Position numbers and translations under genes: made by a program. A stretch of DNA of 64,000 nucleotides from Myxococcota bacterium (lineage in GTDB: Bacteria > Myxococcota_A > UBA796 > SXON01): contig JAZKFH010000012.1 in assembly GCA_040386535.1 (NCBI GenBank), positions 32,001 to 96,000 on the forward strand, read 5' to 3'. Below, one piece after another: positions 24,644 through 33,387 of this stretch (position 1 is the stretch's first letter; each line of letters starts with the position of its first letter). The notes below the pieces were generated by a model that worked only from the letters and a program-made list of their open reading frames with translations, did not search any database and was not told the DNA's origin.

Positions 24644-25732
24644 TCAGAACTCGACCGAGAGTGGCTCGCCGGGGGTCAAGGCGCGGTCGATCACCTGGAG
24701 GGTGACCGGCACGCCCCACTCCTGGATGGTCTGGTCCCGGAGCTGGCGCATGGGCACGGGCTCGACGGCGACGCCGACGGAGCGGACGGTGGCGTCGAAG
24801 CGGCTCCCGCCCGTTCCCCACACGGAGACGGGAGAGCCCGGTGTCAGGCCGCGGGCCCGCGCGATGTCGACGAAGACGACGGCGTCTTGCGACGTGGTCT
24901 CGGTGACGGTCAGCACGGGAACGCCGGCCTGGACCCACTGGCCCGGGGTCGGGAAGCCCTCGTCGATGACCTCGGTGCGTCCGTCGCGCGCCTGGAAGCC
25001 CACCGGCGCGGTGACGATGCCGGAGACGTAGGCCCGGAGCACGTTCGAGTCCGCGACCAGGCGGAGCGACTCGAGGTGCACCGCGGCGGACTCGACGGCG
25101 GACTTGAGCAGATCACTCTGCGAACCGCCCGCGCGCTCGCGGGCATCCTCGTAGGCGGCGTTCAGGGCCTCGACCTCGGTGAGACGTGCGTCAACGGAGG
25201 CCTTCGCAGCGTCGCGGAGGGTCTTGAAGCGCTCGACCTCACTCGCGGCGACGAGCACGCCCGGCGCGCCCGCCCGCCCGAGCTCCTGCTCTTGCACCAG
25301 GAGCTCCGCACGGTCGCGCTCGAGCTCGACCCGCGCCCGGAGCCACGCCGCGCGCGCCCCTTCGAGGTCCCGCGCGAAGCGGCGGCCGCGGTCGGCCTCC
25401 TCGACGCCCAGCTGGGCCTCCAGGCTGCGCAGCTCTGCCTCCGCGGAGGCGATCTCCTGGTTGAGCAGGGGCACCTCGATCTTCGCGAGCACGGCCCCCG
25501 CCTCGACCTTCTGGAACGGCACCACCTCGATGGTGGCGATGCGGCCGCTCTCGGGCGCCCGGATGAGGTGGGCCTTGGTCACGGCCACGGCCGTTCCGCC
25601 GTCCCCCCCCACGCTCCGCACGAGGAGCCAGACGCCGCACGCCATCGCCGCCGCGCCCCACGCGAGGGCCATGAAAATCTTGCCGCGCATCGCCCTGAGG
25701 CGACGCCCGAGAGGCATGGTTCTTCTCACCAT
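24644..25732 (-). CDS. HlyD-family membrane fusion (periplasmic adaptor) protein
   Basis: N-terminal TM; lipoyl half-motifs IRAPESGRIATIEVVPFQKVEAGAVLAKI and LRAYVSGIV...PGQWVQAGVPVLTV around a coiled coil; C-terminal LTPGEPLSVEF. Confidence 0.82.
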   Translation of the reverse strand: MVRRTMPLGRRLRAMRGKIFMALAWGAAAMACGVWLLVRSVGGDGGTAVAVTKAHLIRAPESGRIATIEVVPFQKVEAGAVLAKIEVPLLNQEIASAEAELRSLEAQLGVEEADRGRRFARDLEGARAAWLRARVELERDRAELLVQEQELGRAGAPGVLVAASEVERFKTLRDAAKASVDARLTEVEALNAAYEDARERAGGSQSDLLKSAVESAAVHLESLRLVADSNVLRAYVSGIVTAPVGFQARDGRTEVIDEGFPTPGQWVQAGVPVLTVTETTSQDAVVFVDIARARGLTPGSPVSVWGTGGSRFDATVRSVGVAVEPVPMRQLRDQTIQEWGVPVTLQVIDRALTPGEPLSVEF

Positions 25733-26412
25733 TCTTCTGCCCGCTCCTCGATGGCCACCGTCACCTGCGTGGTGCCCTCGACAGCGCGCACGGCGCGCAG
25801 GAGGTCCTCCCGTTCCGCAGGGTGAAAGAGCCGGATTTCGTAGCTGAACTCGGACTGCTCGCCCGCGTCGCCCTGGCGGAGCGCCACGAGCTCATGGGTG
25901 CGACACCAGTTGGTCAACACCTGCTCGACCGCGCCGGAGACGCTCCCGGCGCCGCGTACACGGAGCATGCCCGTGTCGGAATGTTTGGTGGCGAAGCCGC
26001 TGAATTGGAGCGTCGTCGCCACGATCCCGATCATGAGCGAGCCGAGGATCGCGACGGCGTGCTGCTGCGCGCCCACGGAGATGCCAACGGCCAGCGCCAG
26101 GAAGATGAAGGTCGTGTCTCGCGCGTCCCGCACCACGGTGCGGAAGCGGATGATGGCGAGCGCGCCGACGAGGCCGAACGCGCGCGCGATGCTGTCGCCG
26201 ACGACGAGCATCACCATGGTGATGATCATCGACAGGAGCACGATGCTGTGGACCATGTTGCGGGAGTAGGACAACCCGCGGTGGGTCATCTGGTACAGCC
26301 ACGCCACGAACGTGCCGAGCACGAAGGAGAGCAGGAGGTCGAACGCGGCGTCGGTCATCGACAGGTGACCCGCCACGCTCCCCGAGCCACTCAACCAATC
26401 TAAGGGATTCAA
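25726..26412 (-). CDS. DUF4956-family membrane protein
   Basis: SYSRNMVHSIVLLSMIITMVMLVVGDSIARAFGLVGALAIIRFRTVVRDARDTTFIF, plus an ACT-like C-terminal domain; TTG start overlapping the VTC stop. Confidence 0.88.
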   Translation of the reverse strand: MNPLDWLSGSGSVAGHLSMTDAAFDLLLSFVLGTFVAWLYQMTHRGLSYSRNMVHSIVLLSMIITMVMLVVGDSIARAFGLVGALAIIRFRTVVRDARDTTFIFLALAVGISVGAQQHAVAILGSLMIGIVATTLQFSGFATKHSDTGMLRVRGAGSVSGAVEQVLTNWCRTHELVALRQGDAGEQSEFSYEIRLFHPAEREDLLRAVRAVEGTTQVTVAIEERAEEW

Positions 26413-27155
26413 CGTGCCATCCTTGAGTCCCGGGCGGACTCTCTTGCGCGATTCTCGTCCATGCCTTGCAGCACTTCGACGGCATGACGGTACTTCGACA
26501 TCGAGCGGCGCTCCAGGTCGAAGCGCCGGACGGTGTCCGCGACCCACGCGGGGTAGGACCCGTTGTACTTCAACTCCAAGATTACGATGCCCTTGACTTC
26601 GTCGATCGGGTACCACTGTTCCGGCACGGCGAGCCCCTTGGTGGGCGGTGCGCACGCGATGGAACTGTCGAAGGTGATGCGAACGAGGCCGCGATCTCCA
26701 CCGACGTAGGCGAACCGCTCGTAGGTGACCCACGCCCGCGGATAGGCCCGATATCGGTCCATGTGCGTGCGGAAGTTCTCGATCGCGCTGCCCCCCACGT
26801 TGCGCGGCGTCCCCCCGCCGTCGAGGATGCGCACCGCCTCTGCGCGGTCCACCTCGCCGCGCGACTTGCGCATGGCCTCCCCGTTCCGGGACTTGACCTC
26901 GAGGAACACCGGCGCCGTGGGTGTGAAGGCGTAGGTGCGGGCCCGCAGCTTGAACCTGGAGAAGTTCCCGTTCCGGGTCTCGCGGTAGATGCGCCAGTCC
27001 GGGTCGTCCAGGTACAACGAGTGGACCGGGTACCGTGCGGAGCCGCCTTCGCCGTGGGCGTCCGGCTCCATGTACCGAGCGATCCACTCGCGGACCTGCT
27101 CGGCCTTCTCCGGCGTGATGCGGTATTTGATCTCGTAGCGGGTAGCGGTGCGCAC
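26409..27155 (-). CDS. VTC (polyphosphate polymerase / CYTH-like tunnel) domain protein
   Basis: RYEIKY, VHSLYLDD, RFKLRARTY, VFLEVKSR, VTYERFAY, VRITFD, ILELKY, SKY. Confidence 0.9.
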   Translation of the reverse strand: MRTATRYEIKYRITPEKAEQVREWIARYMEPDAHGEGGSARYPVHSLYLDDPDWRIYRETRNGNFSRFKLRARTYAFTPTAPVFLEVKSRNGEAMRKSRGEVDRAEAVRILDGGGTPRNVGGSAIENFRTHMDRYRAYPRAWVTYERFAYVGGDRGLVRITFDSSIACAPPTKGLAVPEQWYPIDEVKGIVILELKYNGSYPAWVADTVRRFDLERRSMSKYRHAVEVLQGMDENRARESARDSRMAR

Positions 27156-27367
27156 GGAATCCTCGTCACATGAACGTTTCAATCGTAGAGGCCCGTCGCG
27201 CCCGCGGCAAGGGACGCGGGGGAATCGACGGAAGCTTCACAAGCTCGGCGGGATCGCGCTGTTCAGCGGCTGCTCGCGTCGAGGGCCGGGGGCTCTCGTA
27301 CGCGCCTTCCCCCTGGGGTTGCGACTCGGGTCCGGTGCGCGTAGGGTAGCGCGGTGTTGGAGAACGG

Positions 27368-28033
27368 ATGCGTTCCTGGTTGTTCCTTTGTGTGTTCGCG
27401 GGCTGCGACCTCATCTCGGTGAAGCCCAGCGGGAGCGACACCGGGCCCTTCGAGGCGGACGCGGACACGGACGCCGACAGTGACGCGGACAGTGACGCGG
27501 ACAGTGACGCGGACAGTGACGCCGACAGCGACGCTGACACTGACACCGACACCGAGATCGATGTGGACACCGCCCTCTGTGACGAGGTCCTCTCCAGTGC
27601 CCAGCCCGGCGGGCCCGGCTGCTTCACCGACACCATCGCGTGCGGCGACGTGGTGGAGGGCACGAACGACGGCGGGGAGACCGATTTTGTCGGCGAGGAT
27701 TGGGAGTCCTGGTTCTGCACACCCAACCTGGACCGCTGGGACTATGCGTCGCCAGAGCGGGTGTACTCGCTGTTCATCCCCGCGGCCACGACCGCCACGT
27801 TCGCCTTCGAGACGCCCTGCGCCGATCTCGACCTGTTCGTGGCGTACTGGCAGGACGAGGACACCTGTCCCAGCTCCGCCAGCAGCATCCGCGAGTGCGA
27901 GACCGTCGACGACGAGGGCAACGGCGGGTTCGTGAGCGTCTGGTCGGACGTGGGGGCCTGGTACGTGGTCGCGGTGGACGGGCGCGGCGGGGAGACCGGC
28001 AACTTCCGCCTCTCGGTCGATTGTGAAGACTGA
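27368..28033 (+). CDS. Lipoprotein with (DADS)n linker and Cys-rich PPC-like C-terminal domain
   Basis: FAGC lipobox; DADSDADS repeat; PERVYSLF...DLDLFV...WYVVAVDG...GNFRLSVDC. Confidence 0.8.
   Translation: MRSWLFLCVFAGCDLISVKPSGSDTGPFEADADTDADSDADSDADSDADSDADSDADTDTDTEIDVDTALCDEVLSSAQPGGPGCFTDTIACGDVVEGTNDGGETDFVGEDWESWFCTPNLDRWDYASPERVYSLFIPAATTATFAFETPCADLDLFVAYWQDEDTCPSSASSIRECETVDDEGNGGFVSVWSDVGAWYVVAVDGRGGETGNFRLSVDCED
27458..27553 (+). repeat. Coding 12-bp tandem repeat (GACAGTGACGCG)n encoding DSDA
   Basis: Three perfect copies at 27476-27511 plus degenerate flanks. Confidence 0.9.
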
Positions 28034-28049
28034 CCTGTGAAGACTGACC
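28022..28049 (+). repeat. Perfect 14-bp tandem duplication spanning a stop codon
   Basis: TGTGAAGACTGACC x2. Confidence 0.9.
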
Positions 28050-28065
28050 GAGGAACGGTGACCGA

Positions 28066-28545
28066 ATGACCCTCTCCCCTTCCGGCGGCGCCCTCCGACC
28101 CGACCGCGGCGCCCCCATCGTGCTCCGGCTCCTCCCGCACGTGCACCACCCGCCCGCGCGCGTGCTCGTGCCGGATGTGGGGGAGGGGAACGAGGCGCGA
28201 GCGCTCGACGCACGCGGGTACCGCGTGACCGTCATGGGCGGCGCGGTCCCGGCGCCGGGCGTCGCCCACGCGGCGGGTACGTTCCTGGAGAACGCGCCGG
28301 TCGGCTTCGATCTCGTGTGTGAGGCCGGGGCGTTCGGAGCGCTCCAGGGCGCCGCGCGTGCACGCTACGTGGACGCCGCCGCGCAGGCCCTGAGGCCGGG
28401 CGGCCTGCTCTTCGGCGCGTTCCCGGCGGACGAGGCCGGCGCGGGCGAGCTCATCGCGCTGATGTCCCCTCGCTTTGACGTGGCGCGCCTGGAGCCCAGC
28501 GGGGCGCTGGGTGGCTGGCTCGAAGCAATCTTCGTCCGGAGGTAG
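28066..28545 (+). CDS. Short, degenerate class I SAM-methyltransferase-like protein (TPMT-like)
   Basis: [10 protein letters not shown] (motif I-like), GFDLVCE, RARYV...LRPGGLL. Confidence 0.6.
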   Translation: MTLSPSGGALRPDRGAPIVLRLLPHVHHPPARVLVPDVGEGNEARALDARGYRVTVMGGAVPAPGVAHAAGTFLENAPVGFDLVCEAGAFGALQGAARARYVDAAAQALRPGGLLFGAFPADEAGAGELIALMSPRFDVARLEPSGALGGWLEAIFVRR

Positions 28546-28546
28546 C

Positions 28547-29506
28547 GTGGCCACGCTCTCCTTCGTCGGAGTCGAGAAGCGCTTCGGCGCCGTGCAGGTC
28601 CTCCATCGGGTCGATCTCGAGGTCGCGGAGGGCGAGTTCATCGTGCTCGTCGGGCCCTCGGGCTGCGGCAAGAGCACGCTGTTGCGCTGCATCGCCGGCC
28701 TCGAGGAGATCACCGGCGGCGAGCTCCGGATCGACGGCCGTCGCGTGAACGACGTGGCCCCGCGCGACCGTGACGTCGCGATGGTGTTCCAGTCCTACGC
28801 GCTCTACCCGCACATGACCGTGCGCGAGAACATGGGATTTGCCCTCTCGCTCCAGAAGCACCCCGAGGCCGAGGCGCGGGTTGCGGCCGCCGCCCAGATG
28901 CTCGGCCTCGCCCACCTCCTCGATCGGTTCCCCCGCGAGCTCTCGGGCGGCCAACGCCAACGCGTGGCGATGGGGCGCGCGATCGTGCGCCGGCCGAAAG
29001 TGTTCCTGTTCGACGAGCCCCTCTCGAACCTCGACGCCTCGCTGCGGAACTCGGTGCGCGTGGAGCTGCGTCGCCAGCACGCGGCGCTGCGTACGACCAC
29101 CGTGTACGTGACCCACGATCAGACGGAGGCGCTCACCCTCGCCGACCGCATCGTGGTGCTCAACGGCGGCATCGTGCAGCAGGTCGGCACGCCCGACGAG
29201 CTCTTCTTCGAGCCCGTGAACCGCTTCGTGGCGGGCTTCATCGGGAGCCCGGGGATGAACTTCCTCGAACGTCTCGAGGACGACGTGATCGGCGTCCGCC
29301 CGAACGACGTGAAGATCGGCGAGGGGCCGCACGAGGCCCTCGTCGAGGTGGTGGAGAAGCTCGGGTTCGAGTCCATGGTGCACCTCCGGATCGGGGAGGA
29401 GGTGCTCGTGGCCCGCGTCGAGGGGCCCGTGCCCAGCGGGAAGGTGCGCGTTGCGTTCGTCCGCGCCTACCGCTTCGACCGCAAGACCGGCGCGAGGACC
29501 GGGTGA
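28547..29506 (+). CDS. malK: Carbohydrate ABC transporter ATP-binding protein (MalK/UgpC-like)
   Basis: [57 protein letters not shown]. Confidence 0.92.
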   Translation: MATLSFVGVEKRFGAVQVLHRVDLEVAEGEFIVLVGPSGCGKSTLLRCIAGLEEITGGELRIDGRRVNDVAPRDRDVAMVFQSYALYPHMTVRENMGFALSLQKHPEAEARVAAAAQMLGLAHLLDRFPRELSGGQRQRVAMGRAIVRRPKVFLFDEPLSNLDASLRNSVRVELRRQHAALRTTTVYVTHDQTEALTLADRIVVLNGGIVQQVGTPDELFFEPVNRFVAGFIGSPGMNFLERLEDDVIGVRPNDVKIGEGPHEALVEVVEKLGFESMVHLRIGEEVLVARVEGPVPSGKVRVAFVRAYRFDRKTGARTG

Positions 29507-31605
29507 TCCCGTTCTGGGCGGCGTGCGCCGCGGCGATCGGCAGCGCGCACGCCGGGGAGGTCACGCTCTGGCACGCCTGGCGCGGTGACGAGCGGGTGGC
29601 GCTCGATCAGCTCGTGGAACGCTACAACGCGGAGTTTCCGGGCACGACGGTGCGCCCGGTGTTCGTGTCCTACGAGAGCCTCTCCTCGAAGGTCGAGGCG
29701 GCCGTGCCGCGCGGCAACGGCCCCGATCTGTTGGTGTTCGCGCACGAGAAGATCGGCGGCTGGACGGACGAGGGGCTCATCCTCCCGGTGCCGACCGACG
29801 CCGTGGGCGGGCTGCACCCGGTCACGGTCGACGCGCTGACCCTCCGCGAGCAGGTCTGGGGCTGGCCGCTCGCGTACAAGTCGCTCGCGCTGTTCTACAA
29901 CCGCGCGCTCGTGGCCGAGCCGCCCGCCACCTCGGACGCCCTCCTCGCGGCCGCCACGGCGCTGCGCGGGCCCGATCGCTGGGGGTATGCCTGGGAGGCG
30001 TCGAGCGCCTACGCGGACGCCGCGTGGATGCACGGGTTCGGAGGCGGGGTGTTCGGCGGCGATGGGCAGGTGCGGCTCGACTCGCCCGAGAACGTCGCGG
30101 CCTTCGGGTTCGTCCGCGCCCTCGCCGACCTCGGCCCCGCCGAGCCCAGCGGCGCGCTCCTGACCCAGCTCTTCAACGAGGGGCGCGTCGCGATGGTCGC
30201 GAACGGGCCGTGGTTCCTCGGTGAGGTGGGCGCCGTCGACTACGGCGTGGCCCCGCTCCCCGTGGTGTCCGCCACCGGCCGCCCCGCCGCGCCCTACGTC
30301 ACCGTCGAGGCCCTCTTCCTCGCGCGGGAGGGTGCCGAGGCGCGCGCCTTCGCCGCGTGGATGGTGGGGGACCAGGCCGCGGAGGTGCGCCACCGCGTCG
30401 GCAAGCAGCTCGTCGCGAACACGTCGGTCGTCGTGACCGATCCGCGCCTCGCCGCGTTCCGCACCCAGCTCGACACCGCCGTGCCGATGCCGACGGGCAA
30501 GGCGATGGCGCAGACGTGGGAGCCGCTCGCCCGCGCGTTGCGACGGTTGGTGCGCGGCGCGATCGACGCCGAAGCGGCCGCCAAGGAAGCGCAGTTCCAG
30601 TACGCCATCGTCTCGCGGCCCGCGCCGCCCGAGGCCGATCCCCGGCCCTGGCTGGTCGTGGGCGGGCTCGCGCTCGTGGCCGGGTTCGTGTGGGTCGCGC
30701 GGGAGGCCATGCAAGCGCCGCTCGCGCGTTGGCGCTTCGCGTTCGCCTGGGTGGCGCCCGCGTTCTCGGCGATGACCCTGCTCGTCGTGCTCCCCTTCGT
30801 GGTGGGCGCGGCCGTGAGCCTGTTCGACTACGACCAGCAGGAGTGGACCTTCGTGGGCATGGCCCACTTCGTCGACATCCTGCTCGCGCGGGACTTCCCG
30901 CTCACCAGCCCGCTCTCCTTCTGGTCGACGCTCGCCGTGACGATGCTCTGGACCGTCGCGAACGTGATCCTGCACGTCGGCATCGGCGTCGCGCTCGCCA
31001 TGCTCCTGCGCGAGCCCTGGGTGCGGCTCCGCGGCGTGTTCCGCGCGCTGCTCATCCTCCCGTGGGCGGTGCCGAGCTACATCACCGCGCTGATCTGGAA
31101 GGGCATGTTCCACCGCCAGTTCGGCGCGATCAACGGGCTGTTGGTCGCGATCGGCCTCGAGCCGGTGTCGTGGTTCGCGCAGTGGTCGACCGCGTTCGCG
31201 GCCAACGTGACGACCAACACGTGGCTCGGCTTCCCGTTCATGATGGTGGTCACGCTCGGCGCGCTCCAGGCCATCCCGCGCGATCTGGAGGAGGCCGCCG
31301 AGGTCGACGGCGCGAGCGGCTGGCAACGCTTCCGCCACGTCACGCTTCCCTTGTTGAAGCCGGCGTTGCTCCCCGCGGTCATCCTCGGGAGCGTCTGGAC
31401 GTTCAACATGTTCAACGTCATCTACCTCGTGAGCGGCGGCGAGCCGGACGGGGGGACCGACATCCTCATCTCGCAGGCGTACCGGTGGGCGTTCACGCGC
31501 GGCCACCGCTACGGCTACGCCGCCGCCTACGCCGTGCTCATCTTCGGCGTGCTCGTGCTCTACGGCCGCGTCGCCAACCGCCTCGCCGGCCGGAAGGTGG
31601 TCTGA
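29503..31605 (+). CDS. Fused maltose-type solute-binding protein and MalF-type permease
   Basis: N-half: signal peptide, [29 protein letters not shown]-half: TM helices, [23 protein letters not shown]. Confidence 0.9.
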   Translation: MIPFWAACAAAIGSAHAGEVTLWHAWRGDERVALDQLVERYNAEFPGTTVRPVFVSYESLSSKVEAAVPRGNGPDLLVFAHEKIGGWTDEGLILPVPTDAVGGLHPVTVDALTLREQVWGWPLAYKSLALFYNRALVAEPPATSDALLAAATALRGPDRWGYAWEASSAYADAAWMHGFGGGVFGGDGQVRLDSPENVAAFGFVRALADLGPAEPSGALLTQLFNEGRVAMVANGPWFLGEVGAVDYGVAPLPVVSATGRPAAPYVTVEALFLAREGAEARAFAAWMVGDQAAEVRHRVGKQLVANTSVVVTDPRLAAFRTQLDTAVPMPTGKAMAQTWEPLARALRRLVRGAIDAEAAAKEAQFQYAIVSRPAPPEADPRPWLVVGGLALVAGFVWVAREAMQAPLARWRFAFAWVAPAFSAMTLLVVLPFVVGAAVSLFDYDQQEWTFVGMAHFVDILLARDFPLTSPLSFWSTLAVTMLWTVANVILHVGIGVALAMLLREPWVRLRGVFRALLILPWAVPSYITALIWKGMFHRQFGAINGLLVAIGLEPVSWFAQWSTAFAANVTTNTWLGFPFMMVVTLGALQAIPRDLEEAAEVDGASGWQRFRHVTLPLLKPALLPAVILGSVWTFNMFNVIYLVSGGEPDGGTDILISQAYRWAFTRGHRYGYAAAYAVLIFGVLVLYGRVANRLAGRKVV

Positions 31606-32453
31606 TGCGCGCCCCGTCCCCCTTCCGCGTCGCCGTGACCCACGCCGCCCTGGTGGCCCTCACCGCCGCCACCATCTTCCCGGTGCTCTGGGTCGTGAAG
31701 ATGGCGCTCTCGCCCTCGCAGAGCTTCACCCTCTCCGCGAACCCGCTCCCCACCGACGTGACGCTCGACAACTTCACGGCGGTCGTCGGCACCACCGACG
31801 CCACGGGCGCGTGGTTGTTCGGGCGACAGCTGTTCAACTCGCTCGTGGTCTCCGGCGTCACCGCCGCCTTCGGCGTCGCGCTCGCGTGCACCGCCGGCTA
31901 CGCGCTCTCCCGCTGGAACTTCCCCGGGCGGGACCGCATGATGGGCGCGTTCCTGCTCACGCAGATGTTCCCGGGCGTCGTGATGGCGATCCCGCTCTAC
32001 CTGCTCCTCGACACGCTCGGCCTGCTCGACAGCCTCTCCGGCCTCGTGCTCGTCTACTCGACCACCACCGTGCCGTTCGCGACGTGGAACCTCAAGGGCT
32101 ACTTCGACACGATCCCCCGGGATCTGGAGGAGGCCGCCATGCTCGACGGCGCGAGCCGCTGGGTGACCTTCACCCGCATCATCCTCCCGCTCGCCCGGCC
32201 CGCGATCGTCGTGACCGCGCTGTTCGCGTTCATGACCGCGTGGAACGAGTTCATCCTCGCGGCCACGCTGATGGGCGACGAGCGCGCCTACACGCTCCCC
32301 GTCGTGCTCAACGGCTACGTCGGCGAGTTCGGGGCCGAGTGGGGCAACTTCGCCGCGGGCGCCATCCTCGTGAGCCTGCCGGTCACCGCGTTGTTCTTCG
32401 TCCTCCAGCGCCACCTCGTCGAGGGGCTGACCGCGGGCGGCGTGAAGGGCTGA
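31605..32453 (+). CDS. malG: Carbohydrate ABC transporter permease (MalG-type)
   Basis: [40 protein letters not shown]. Confidence 0.92.
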   Translation: MRAPSPFRVAVTHAALVALTAATIFPVLWVVKMALSPSQSFTLSANPLPTDVTLDNFTAVVGTTDATGAWLFGRQLFNSLVVSGVTAAFGVALACTAGYALSRWNFPGRDRMMGAFLLTQMFPGVVMAIPLYLLLDTLGLLDSLSGLVLVYSTTTVPFATWNLKGYFDTIPRDLEEAAMLDGASRWVTFTRIILPLARPAIVVTALFAFMTAWNEFILAATLMGDERAYTLPVVLNGYVGEFGAEWGNFAAGAILVSLPVTALFFVLQRHLVEGLTAGGVKG

Positions 32454-32472
32454 TCACACAGACACGATCGGC

Positions 32473-33387
32473 TCAGAGCGGCGCGACCGACACCTGGTAC
32501 AGCTGCCAGCTCGCGCCGCCCTCGCAGAACAGGCGGCCCGCGTAGAAGCTGTCGACCGACGGGACGAGCGGCCCTTCGATCACGCTGCACGTCTTGCCGA
32601 CGAGCGAGGCGCGATCGGCGTGATGGCGATCCGCGGGCGCGACGTCGACGATGCGCACCATGCGGCCGGCGGGCACCGGATCTCCCTGGAGCCGCCCGTC
32701 GGCCTTGCGGGAGGGCGTGCGTGCGCCGCCGGACGCGGGGGCCGGCGTGTCGCCGCCGGGATCGAGCGCGACCTGGAAGAAGAAGTAGTCCACGCCGTCG
32801 TCGCAGCGGAGGGCGCCGGAGACCCAGGCGCCTCCGGTGGGCGCAAGAGCCTCCTCCACCACGGTGCAGCGCTGCCCGATGAGCGCGCCGCGTCGGGACG
32901 CGTTCGCGTCGGCCACGGAGAGGTCACGAATGCGGACGCGCGCGCCGATCGGCCAGGCGGAGGCGGGCGACGCGTCGTCCACGGCGAGCTCGGGCCCCGC
33001 CGGCACGGCGGGTGGAGGGGCCTCGGGGGGCTCCAGGCCGAGCTCGCCGAGGGTGTCCCCGAAGGTGTCGCCGATGGTGCCCCCGACCATCGCGCTGAAG
33101 ACGCCCCGCTCGATCTCCACCTGGTAGAAGTACAGGCCCTGGTCGTCCGGGCACGCGAGCGCGCCGCTGTAGTAGGCGTCCCGAAAGGGGCCGCGCGACT
33201 GCCGCACGAGACCGGGATCCCCCACGACGCACACCTGCCCCACGAGGTCGTCGCGGAAGCGCCAGAACGCGTCCTTGCGGCCCACCCCGTTGATGCGAAC
33301 GGTCGTACCGGTCGCGATGAGCTCGGGCTCGTCCTTCGCGGCGGCGGGGGAGGAGAGCGTGAGCAGGAGCGCCAGGCCGCCGAGCAT
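32473..33387 (-). CDS. Secreted protein with three internal ~60-aa Cys-pair repeats
   Basis: Signal peptide MLGGLALLLTLSSPAAA; three GxxVRI..D..L(V/I)GxxCxV..GxLxC..(Y/F)QV units; TGATG overlap with the upstream gene. Confidence 0.78.
   Translation of the reverse strand: MLGGLALLLTLSSPAAAKDEPELIATGTTVRINGVGRKDAFWRFRDDLVGQVCVVGDPGLVRQSRGPFRDAYYSGALACPDDQGLYFYQVEIERGVFSAMVGGTIGDTFGDTLGELGLEPPEAPPPAVPAGPELAVDDASPASAWPIGARVRIRDLSVADANASRRGALIGQRCTVVEEALAPTGGAWVSGALRCDDGVDYFFFQVALDPGGDTPAPASGGARTPSRKADGRLQGDPVPAGRMVRIVDVAPADRHHADRASLVGKTCSVIEGPLVPSVDSFYAGRLFCEGGASWQLYQVSVAPL

Noticed and set aside
25726..27087. ORF-track 453-aa ORF suggesting a Vtc4-like VTC-membrane fusion or programmed frameshift
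   Set aside because: The N-terminal part is an off-frame reading of the VTC gene; VTC has its own stop overlapping a TTG start; I saw no slippery site.
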